The notes under the pieces are model-generated. The model worked only from the letters and a program-made list of their open reading frames with translations. It was not told the origin of the DNA and searched no databases. This document shows positions 25,165 through 32,000 of a stretch of 32,000 nt of DNA, piece by piece (positions within the stretch are counted from its first letter, which is position 1; each line of letters opens with the position of its first letter). The DNA is from Candidatus Scalindua sp. (GTDB lineage: Bacteria; Planctomycetota; Brocadiia; Brocadiales; Scalinduaceae). A program made the position numbers and the translations under genes. The stretch lies in contig JALDRA010000001.1 in NCBI GenBank assembly GCA_031316235.1, forward strand, positions 3,660,001 through 3,692,000, read 5' to 3'.

Positions 25165-26595
25165 ATGTACCTAAGATCACCCTTTGAATATGAAACGAAA
25201 AGTATTTTTTTTTATTTCCTGGCTATATCCTGCATTCTGCACCTGATCTTTATCTTTACTTCTGCAAATTTGAGTCAATCTTTCAAAACTAAGCTTGATT
25301 TTATAGATGATAGCTCCAAAAAGGACGATTACGTAGTTGAGGTGTCATTTGAAACCATCAAAGAAGAAGATGAAGACGATAAAAGTCAGGAAATCGTACA
25401 AGAAGAAGAAATTGAAGAAGAGGTGAAAGAAGAAGAGAGAGAGGTGTTTGTTGATAGTTCTGACAAGGTTACTGATGAGACTCCCCAGTCCGATACTGAG
25501 AAAATAGGAGAAGTGGGTTCGACTGCTAAGGATATGCATGCGGAACAGGAAAATATGAATAATGAACCAAGATTAACTGGTGAGAGTCTTGCCATGGATC
25601 CAGAGTACCGGACAGCCCTTGCACCCCAGCTGGCTGATGTACAGGTTGAACCTCAAGTAAAAACGCTACCTCCCATTCAAGAGAAACTAGAGAATAGTTT
25701 GCAGGAAGAAAATGTCTATGAAGAAGCTGTGGAAAGTATTACAGTTGAAACTTCGCAGGAGCCAGGAGAGAAGAGCGGTGTGCCGGAAAAGGATGAGACC
25801 GACACAAGCATGATTGCAGGTGAAGCAGGAGAAAAGAGTGTTGAAAACTTAAGAGAAGGGATCGCTACTGCTGATCAAAATGGCCAGAATGAAGAAATGG
25901 ACATTGAGACCTCTTCATTTGATTCAGATGTGGTTGTTCCTGTTAACATACCGGTTCAGGAGAATGTGAAAGGAGCGGAAAATTCCGATGAGGAAATAGT
26001 TGCGAAGGATGGCGAGGAAGTGTTTGAAGAACAGGAAGAGCACGTATCACCGCAGGAAGGATCGGGAACTCTCCCTGATGAAGAACATACGAAGTTGGTA
26101 TCCATACCGAAAGACATGATGGACCATATTGTTAAAGATCCTCATGAAGAGAAGAAGGAAAGCATGCCGGAAAACGTGGTGAACCCGGAAGAACAGTTGA
26201 CTACTGTTACGCCCAGTGACAATGTTCAGGCTCCTTTTTTTGAAGACGACATTTCAAATGCTCCAATTCAAGGTAGCGAGTCATTTAATATAAAAAAGCA
26301 TGAATATGCACCCTATTATAAACACATACGAGATAAGATAAGATTATTTTGGTTAGTACAATACGGTACAGATGCATCGATTAATCTGGTCACCAAAGAT
26401 TATAAACCGGTAGTGGTAGAGTTTAAGGTCTTACCTTCTGGTAAGATTACTGATGTTGTTATTTCGAAACCAGCGGGTAATGATCTGCTGGCATCCAAGG
26501 TGCAAAAGTCAGTCCAAAATACAATGTTGAATAAATTTCCCGATTACGTTAATGAAAAGTTTATTAACGTAAGATTTAATTTTTACTTTTTTTAA
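25165..26595 (+). CDS. TonB/TolA-like energy-transducer protein with a long acidic linker
   Basis: N-terminal TM anchor (IFFYFLAISCILHLIFIFTSA) and a Glu/Asp-rich low-complexity region of about 300 aa. The C-terminal TonB_C/TolA-III-like domain reads VVVEFKVLPSGKITDVVISKPAGNDLLASKVQKSV. Located directly upstream of exbB. Confidence 0.65.
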   Translation: MYLRSPFEYETKSIFFYFLAISCILHLIFIFTSANLSQSFKTKLDFIDDSSKKDDYVVEVSFETIKEEDEDDKSQEIVQEEEIEEEVKEEEREVFVDSSDKVTDETPQSDTEKIGEVGSTAKDMHAEQENMNNEPRLTGESLAMDPEYRTALAPQLADVQVEPQVKTLPPIQEKLENSLQEENVYEEAVESITVETSQEPGEKSGVPEKDETDTSMIAGEAGEKSVENLREGIATADQNGQNEEMDIETSSFDSDVVVPVNIPVQENVKGAENSDEEIVAKDGEEVFEEQEEHVSPQEGSGTLPDEEHTKLVSIPKDMMDHIVKDPHEEKKESMPENVVNPEEQLTTVTPSDNVQAPFFEDDISNAPIQGSESFNIKKHEYAPYYKHIRDKIRLFWLVQYGTDASINLVTKDYKPVVVEFKVLPSGKITDVVISKPAGNDLLASKVQKSVQNTMLNKFPDYVNEKFINVRFNFYFF

Positions 26596-26612
26596 GGCTT
26601 GGAGGTGATCAA

Positions 26613-27293
26613 GTGGAGTGGTTAGCGGGTGGTGGCCCGATAATGATACCTTTGTTTATTTGTTCGGTGTTAGCGCTTGCCGTAATTCTGGAACGTGCGA
26701 TAAATCTGAGAAGAAATAACATCATAAGACCGGAATTAGTTGAACTGATACATTCATATAAACGCTCGGAAGACATCCAGAAAATCTTCTCAAAATGTAA
26801 TCTGATAAAGTGTCCGTTTTCCAACATTATCAAACGAGCAATCATAAACGAACATTTAACCCGGGAAGAAAAGGTATTAGACATTCAGGCTGTAGGAAGA
26901 CAGGAAGCGAGATCATTGGATCGTATGTTGATAGTACTGGAAATTATTACGGCAATAACGCCGATTCTCGGACTACTGGGAACGGTACTTGGCATGAGCC
27001 AGGTCTTTGATGTTATATCTGAGATCGGCTTAGGACAAACAAAGGCATTCTCTGGGGGTATTGCACAAGCTCTCAGGACAACCATTATCGGACTGTCTGT
27101 AGCAATACCATCCTTGATTGCGTTTAGCAGTTTTGATAGAAAAGTAGACAATCTGATACTTGAAATGGAAAAATATTCGATGGTACTTATCAACAAACTC
27201 TATTCTGAGGGAAAGCAAGACGAAGAAAGCCTGCGGGGAATAAAAAAGAGGGAATCGGGAAAGCCGGATAAGGAGTATGGTTTGATACAATGA
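26613..27293 (+). CDS. exbB: MotA/TolQ/ExbB proton-channel protein
   Basis: GTG start 4 nt after GGAGGTGA (26601-26608). Contains the LGLLGTVLGM signature and TM helices. Confidence 0.85.
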   Translation: MEWLAGGGPIMIPLFICSVLALAVILERAINLRRNNIIRPELVELIHSYKRSEDIQKIFSKCNLIKCPFSNIIKRAIINEHLTREEKVLDIQAVGRQEARSLDRMLIVLEIITAITPILGLLGTVLGMSQVFDVISEIGLGQTKAFSGGIAQALRTTIIGLSVAIPSLIAFSSFDRKVDNLILEMEKYSMVLINKLYSEGKQDEESLRGIKKRESGKPDKEYGLIQ

Positions 27294-27295
27294 GA

Positions 27296-27435
27296 GTATA
27301 CTCATCTCATACTGGATTTCGGATAAAATCCGAGATAAAATTGAGCGAGTAAAGTCCTCGGCGCTTTTTGTCCGGGGATACCTTCACCAGGATTTGGTTT
27401 CCGGTAAAACCAAAAACCAAATCGGTTTTCGTATA
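27296..27435 (-). repeat. Intergenic structured repeat, copy C (full length, with 27-nt insert) between exbB and exbD
   Basis: GTATAC at 27296-27301. Module 2 (27296-27350) is 55/55 identical to copy D in inverted orientation. A 27-nt insert (27351-27377) splits the central GTATAC. Module 1 carries the stem 27391-27400 pairing with 27414-27423. The end is GTATA (27431-27435). Confidence 0.9.
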
Positions 27436-27549
27436 ATTCTTTTTCGTTTCACACGAAAGAGTGATTTTTGACCATACGAGGTAAGAAGATGGCACGCGAG
27501 AGTATTTTCTATAAAAAATATTAGTTTAACCCTTTTACATGGAATTAAT

Positions 27550-27963
27550 GTGCAATTTCGGGCAAAACGATTCATAAAACCAATAATAAACATTGCGCCA
27601 CTGATCGACGTTCTCTTTTTACTGCTGATATTTTTTATGGTTACGTCAACATTTATTGAGCAACCAAATATCAAGCTGGAATTGCCTTCTACGAAACATA
27701 CTGAAACAAGCAGGACAGAGGAGATAGTATTGATGCTCACCCGGGATGGGAAATTGTATCTCAAAGAAAAACTTATCGATACGAACGATCTTGAAAAAGT
27801 CCTGAGGAGATTGATCCTGGATACTGGAGAAGACGTACTTGTTTTAAAGGCAGATAAGTTTGTCCCTTACGGTGCTGTCGTTGATGTTATGGATGTTGCC
27901 AGAGGTGCTGGATTTAAAAAGGTAATAGCTCCAACTATTACGGAAAATGAAGTGAAACAGTAG
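27550..27963 (+). CDS. exbD: ExbD/TolR biopolymer transport protein
   Basis: IINIAPLIDVLFLLLIFFMV N-terminal TM signature and a periplasmic domain ending VPYGAVVDVMDVARGAG. GTG start. Confidence 0.85.
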   Translation: MQFRAKRFIKPIINIAPLIDVLFLLLIFFMVTSTFIEQPNIKLELPSTKHTETSRTEEIVLMLTRDGKLYLKEKLIDTNDLEKVLRRLILDTGEDVLVLKADKFVPYGAVVDVMDVARGAGFKKVIAPTITENEVKQ

Positions 27964-27971
27964 GAAAACTT

Positions 27972-28784
27972 TTGCACCGGAAAGGCGAGGTTAATTTGTA
28001 TACGAAAAATTTTAAAAATTTGACAGATCTCATGAAGAGACTCAGGGGTAAAGATGGCTGCCCCTGGGATAAAGAGCAGACACATGACACATTGAAGTCG
28101 TGCTTGATAGAAGAAGTCTATGAAGTGGTTGATGCGGTAGATTCAGGAAATCCTGAAAATTTACAAGAGGAGCTTGCAGATCTCTTTTTTCTCATACTAT
28201 TTTATTGTCAAATATCTGATGACAGTGGTATCTTTGATCTTAATAACGTCATGGAAGTCTGTTTTGAAAAGATGACGAGGAGGCATCCTCATGTTTTTGG
28301 TGGAGAAACTGTCAAGAATGCAGTAGACGCACTGTCGCAGTGGAACGACATAAAGAGGAAAGAGGCGGAAGATAAGGGGAAAAGCACGGGAACCCAATCG
28401 ATCATCGGCAATATACCGAAACACTTACCAGCTTTACAAAAAGCTCAAAAGGTGCAGAAGAAGGTTGCACGTGCAGGTTTTGATTGGAAAATGATAGATG
28501 ATGTTGTTGCGAAAGTTCAGGAAGAGTTGGACGAAGTGAAGGAGGCCATTAGAGAGAAGAAGGAAGAACAAATTGCTGAGGAAATAGGTGACTTACTCTT
28601 TGCAACAGTGAATCTTTCAAGATTTCTTAAAATGGACACCGAAGGATTATTACGAAAAAGTATTGCTAAATTTATTGATAGATTTGAGAAGGTAGAAACA
28701 CAGCTTGCCGCTGCAGGGAAAAACATAGAAGAGTGTACATTAGCAGAAATGGATTCTATGTGGAAGCAAGTGAAATCAGGGTAA
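27972..28784 (+). CDS. mazG: Nucleoside triphosphate pyrophosphohydrolase MazG (tandem MazG domains)
   Basis: LRGKDGCPWDKEQTH, EEVYEVVDAV...EELADLFF and a second EExxE/EEIGDLLF motif. The start is uncertain: TTG 27972, or TTG 27996 which follows GAGG (27987-27990). Confidence 0.85.
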   Translation: MHRKGEVNLYTKNFKNLTDLMKRLRGKDGCPWDKEQTHDTLKSCLIEEVYEVVDAVDSGNPENLQEELADLFFLILFYCQISDDSGIFDLNNVMEVCFEKMTRRHPHVFGGETVKNAVDALSQWNDIKRKEAEDKGKSTGTQSIIGNIPKHLPALQKAQKVQKKVARAGFDWKMIDDVVAKVQEELDEVKEAIREKKEEQIAEEIGDLLFATVNLSRFLKMDTEGLLRKSIAKFIDRFEKVETQLAAAGKNIEECTLAEMDSMWKQVKSG

Positions 28785-28791
28785 GGATTCA

Positions 28792-28812
28792 GGGAAAAGA
28801 GTGCTTTTTCCC
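28792..28812 (+). terminator. Weak intrinsic-terminator-like hairpin after mazG
   Basis: GGGAAAA (28792-28798) pairs with TTTTCCC (28806-28812), followed by GATTTTCG. The stem is short and the T-tract poor. Confidence 0.3.
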
Positions 28813-28825
28813 GATTTTCGAACCG

Positions 28826-28905
28826 ATATACCAAATCTTGGTGAAGGTATACTCGCTCAATTTTATCTCGGATTTTATCCGAAATCCAGTATGAGATGAG
28901 TATAC
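28826..28905 (+). repeat. Intergenic structured repeat, copy D (module 1 internally deleted, module 2 intact)
   Basis: ATATAC (28826-28831), then CAAATCTTGGTGAAG, GTATAC (28847-28852), module 2, and GTATAC (28900-28905). Identical to the reverse complement of copy C over 12 + 55 nt. Confidence 0.9.
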
Positions 28906-28946
28906 AATTATATGAAAATTACGGTAGAAAAATAGAGTAATTTTAG

Positions 28947-30188
28947 ATGGAGAGACGGCATATGTTGAAAAGAAGCAAAACCATTTTGTGTTTTATGTTA
29001 CTATTTTCATGTTTTGTTTTGCCTTGCCTGAGCGTGGTTGGTGAGGAAAAAGAAACAGCACCCCAATTTGTAGAAAATGATATAGTTCACAATCCTACGG
29101 GTATTACAATTTCTGAAGACGATTTAATGAATTTAATCAGGGATTATCGGATTGTTTTTGTCGGAGAGACACATGATAATTACCGAGCGCATCAGGTGCA
29201 ATTGAAAATTATTAAAGGCCTGTTTGACGTCTCGGGGGGTAGTATTGCAATAGGCATGGAGATGTTCCAGAGAAGATCTCAGAAAAAACTGGATGAATTC
29301 ATTTCTGGGGAAATGGATGAAAAGCAGTTTCTCAAGGATGTATGGCTTCCAGATTGGGGTTATGATTATGACTATTACAAAGAGATTTTTGATTTTGCAA
29401 AAACGAATAAAATAAAACTGATAGCCTTAAATGCAAACAATGAGCTCAGGGAGGAAATTAATGCAAAAGGCTTTGAGAATTTGTCAGATGAGAAAAAAAA
29501 AGAGCTCCCAGAGATAGATATGAGTGATGAACACCATAGAAAACGTATAAAATCTATTTATGATGTCCACGGTGTTAGCACATTAGATGATTTTGAAAAG
29601 TTTTATCGAATTCAGTGCTTGTGGGATGAGACTATGGCAGATACTGCAAGCAATTATCTGAAAGGCAGTGAGGGGAAAGGGAAGAAGTTGATCGTTTTAG
29701 CTGGGAAAGGCCACATCCGATACGGATTAGGTATTCCAAAGAGATTATTCCGTAGGTTGAAGGAGACCTATTGTACTATTCTTCCTATAGAAATAGAGAT
29801 ACCTGAAAACAAGAAGCACAATGTCATGAAGATAGAAGATGTTCAAATTCCATTGCTGGAGAGTGATTTCTCCTGGATGGTAGACTATTGTGATCCTGAT
29901 ACGGTAAAGGTAAGATTAGGTCTTATCGTGATGAAATCAGAAGAAGGGGTGCAGATCCATACCGTAGAGGAGGGTTCGACGGCAGAAATTGCGGGAATGA
30001 AAAAAGGGGACGTCGTCGTAGATCTTGATGGTGTTCCTATTGAAGATCCGTTTGATCTTGTGTATGAGATGAGAAACAAAACTCCAGGGAAAAATGGGGA
30101 GATTGTTATTCTTCGTGACGGAAATGAGATGAGCTTTGATATTATGTATCAAACATTCAAACCGGAAGAGAAGGCACACGCAAAATAG
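28947..30188 (+). CDS. ChaN/Tiki-superfamily (haem-binding-uptake-like) protein fused to a C-terminal PDZ domain, secreted or lipoprotein
   Basis: Signal peptide. FVGETHDNYRAHQ (GxxH) and IGMEMFQRRSQKKLDEF blocks are typical of ChaN/PF04187. The C-terminal PDZ reads VEEGSTAEIAGMKKGDVVVDLDGVPIED. An alternative start is Met6 (28962). Confidence 0.75.
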   Translation: MERRHMLKRSKTILCFMLLFSCFVLPCLSVVGEEKETAPQFVENDIVHNPTGITISEDDLMNLIRDYRIVFVGETHDNYRAHQVQLKIIKGLFDVSGGSIAIGMEMFQRRSQKKLDEFISGEMDEKQFLKDVWLPDWGYDYDYYKEIFDFAKTNKIKLIALNANNELREEINAKGFENLSDEKKKELPEIDMSDEHHRKRIKSIYDVHGVSTLDDFEKFYRIQCLWDETMADTASNYLKGSEGKGKKLIVLAGKGHIRYGLGIPKRLFRRLKETYCTILPIEIEIPENKKHNVMKIEDVQIPLLESDFSWMVDYCDPDTVKVRLGLIVMKSEEGVQIHTVEEGSTAEIAGMKKGDVVVDLDGVPIEDPFDLVYEMRNKTPGKNGEIVILRDGNEMSFDIMYQTFKPEEKAHAK

Positions 30189-30250
30189 GATACTGTCAGT
30201 TTCCTCTTTATGAAGAGCATAGCTACCCAAATTAATGAAGGAGATAGTAT

Positions 30251-30823
30251 ATGGGAAATGATACTAAAGTATTTGGAATGTTTCATCGCATTCTCTTTTT
30301 CTGGCTGGCAGGAGCCTTCTTTCTTTCCACAATACTGTTTGGAGATGAGTCTGCGGGTAAAGCTGAAACTGCTGTTGAGAACAAATCAGGTTTTGCTTTG
30401 GCAGCAGATGAGGGATTGTTGACTCTTCACGCACAGAATGCATCATTATATGAAATCATTGAGGAGCTGGGCAAATTGATGAAGATTGAAGTGGTTGGTA
30501 ATATCCATGAGAAAGAGAAGGTCAGTGCAGACTTTGACAAGGTTTCTTTAAAAGAGGCTTTGGAAAAGCTCAGCATAAACTATGGATATCAGATGGATTC
30601 AGATGATGACGGAGACGACAATAACGGTCATTCATCTCTCATAACGAAAATCATTATCCTGCCGAAGGGGAGAGAAAAGGAATTGTCAGAAATCACTTCC
30701 AAAGATCAGGATATTCAAGAAAAACAGACAGAGGAGCCGAAACGGCCAGAACCATTTATATTTGAGTTCGATCCCCGTATCTTTATGGAAGAGGAGCAAA
30801 ACAGCAATAAAGACAGGCCCTGA
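30251..30823 (+). CDS. Hypothetical secreted protein with a secretin/TonB-N-terminal (STN)-like beta-alpha-beta segment and an acidic tail
   Basis: Hydrophobic N-terminus (ILFFWLAGAFFLSTILFG). LTLHAQNASLYEIIEELGKLMKIEVV...VSADFDKVSLKEALEKLS resembles STN/secretin-N0-like domains. The assignment is by eye only. Confidence 0.45.
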   Translation: MGNDTKVFGMFHRILFFWLAGAFFLSTILFGDESAGKAETAVENKSGFALAADEGLLTLHAQNASLYEIIEELGKLMKIEVVGNIHEKEKVSADFDKVSLKEALEKLSINYGYQMDSDDDGDDNNGHSSLITKIIILPKGREKELSEITSKDQDIQEKQTEEPKRPEPFIFEFDPRIFMEEEQNSNKDRP

Positions 30824-31060
30824 TTCACTCATAGTAAAACCATCACACCATAAGAGCTGCTTTTAATGCCGCAATAACGCCGTACCTTCATAGAGCAGCT
30901 ACGTGGAGATAAACAGGAGAAGAGAACGGAACTTGCTTTGGAAGGCTATCTGCGGTTGTTTATCGTCCGGGCATAAAACAGGGGGGAAGTAACCGGTGAG
31001 ATGGATAATTGGTACTGAAATAGGAAAATAACGTGTCTATTATCCTGTATCGTCTCTCTA

Positions 31061-32000
31061 TTACGGCACTCCCTCTATCCTTTTTCTTATCATAAAGTAT
31101 TTTTCAATGGATCGTTCGGGGATGATAAATACTCTCTGTCCAGGATTGGCCTTTTGAATCGGTCTCATATCCTGATCTACTATCTCCATCACCGTCTGCC
31201 TAAAATCTTGCTCCATCTGCTTGCCCATTATTTCAATTTCATCACCGATCTCTATCTTGTTTTTTGCCAGGACCTCAGCATATTTCCCTTTTTGGTTATT
31301 TTCAAACAGACCGAGAAATTTATAGGGCTGTGCATAACCATTTCCGGAGTCCACCACCTGACCGTTCCTGCCCGGCTTTCCCAAGAAGAAGCCTGTGCAA
31401 TAATCTCTATGGCTGATTTTCCTCAGCTCTTCCAGCCACTGGGAATGATACTCATAGCCTTCATGATAGTAAAAACTGTCGATTGCTTCACGATAAATTC
31501 TCGTAACGGCAGCGACATAATATTGGCTCTTCATCCTACCTTCAATTTTAAAAGCGCTGATGCCTGCCTGTAGCAACTCGGGAATGTGCTGAATCATACA
31601 CAAATCACGCGAACTCATAACTGACGTAATACCGTTCTCCTCATAAACCTCAAAGTATTCACCTGGCCGTTTCTCTTCAACTATAGCATACTTCCATCGA
31701 CACGACTGAGCACAATCCCCTAAATTTGCACCACGATCCGCCATGTATGAGCTGAGATAACACCTGCCGGAATAAGAGATACACATTGCACCATGAATAA
31801 AGACTTCTGTTTCGCAATCACTATTGGTGTTGATTTGAGATATCTCTTCAAGTGACAGCTCTCTTGCTAAAACAATCCGTTTTACTCCCTGATGGTGCCA
31901 GAAATTGGCGGATTGATAATTAGTACAGTTGGCCTGTGTACTGAGATGAATGGGAACTTCCGGCAAAAGCTCTTTTATCAGAACAATAATTCCAGGATCA
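31061..32000 (-). CDS. Peptidase U32 family protein (5' end beyond window)
   Basis: EVFIHGAMCISYSGRCYLSS matches the U32 signature. The frame stays open to nt 31999, with upstream residues DPGIIVLIKELLPEVPIHLSTQ. Confidence 0.85.
   Translation of the reverse strand, partial: DPGIIVLIKELLPEVPIHLSTQANCTNYQSANFWHHQGVKRIVLARELSLEEISQINTNSDCETEVFIHGAMCISYSGRCYLSSYMADRGANLGDCAQSCRWKYAIVEEKRPGEYFEVYEENGITSVMSSRDLCMIQHIPELLQAGISAFKIEGRMKSQYYVAAVTRIYREAIDSFYYHEGYEYHSQWLEELRKISHRDYCTGFFLGKPGRNGQVVDSGNGYAQPYKFLGLFENNQKGKYAEVLAKNKIEIGDEIEIMGKQMEQDFRQTVMEIVDQDMRPIQKANPGQRVFIIPERSIEKYFMIRKRIEGVP

Noticed and set aside
27490-27496. Perfect TGGCACG (-24 element of sigma-54 promoters) upstream of exbD
   Set aside because: There is no GC dinucleotide or TTGC element at the required 10-nt spacing; AGTAT sits there instead. 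It is only a half-site and is probably fortuitous.
1-32000. Search by eye for tRNA, rRNA, CRISPR arrays, integrase or transposase genes, toxin-antitoxin pairs and known defence-system genes
   Set aside because: None found. There is no T-loop GGTTCGAATCC-type motif, no regularly spaced direct repeats, and no recombinase or nuclease-like ORFs. The window looks like core chromosome plus an EPS locus peppered with small repeats.

Overview
AT-rich, densely coding bacterial chromosomal window with about 25 credible CDS and no rRNA, tRNA, CRISPR array or intact transposase or integrase. Taxon is uncertain: the gene content would fit Planctomycetota (anammox-like) or Nitrospirota, but I cannot verify this. 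LEFT (1-14.3 kb): a PAS histidine kinase and a sigma-54-dependent NtrC-type response regulator precede an exopolysaccharide export and assembly cassette. The cassette holds a Wza-like outer-membrane export lipoprotein, a tiny MerR/BldC-like HTH protein behind a good sigma-54 promoter match, a Wzz/GumC-type chain-length determinant, an ExeA-like AAA ATPase, a BY tyrosine autokinase and UDP-glucose 6-dehydrogenase. Convergent to it are a 1459-aa TPR giant and a small Ig-like secreted protein. This gene set is typical of exosortase/PEP-CTERM-associated EPS loci, but no exosortase or PEP-CTERM substrate lies in the window. MIDDLE: DUF374 acyltransferase-like gene, an ispG-dxr-rseP operon (RseP has four PDZ-like motifs), a NapH-like membrane polyferredoxin, a PIG-L deacetylase and hflK-hflC. 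RIGHT: an acidic TonB-like protein, exbB, exbD, mazG, a ChaN/Tiki-PDZ fusion lipoprotein, a small secreted protein and a 5'-truncated U32 peptidase. The most unusual signal is non-coding. Five intergenic loci carry a family of modular, hairpin-rich repeats whose modules are bounded by the palindromic hexamer GTATAC. The evidence includes a compensatory base change and G-U-only exceptions in a conserved stem, a precise 27-nt indel inside the hexamer, and a long variant with a GC-rich module of two interleaved 17-18 bp stems. Inverted copies also bracket exbD-mazG and the 11-kb EPS/TPR block.
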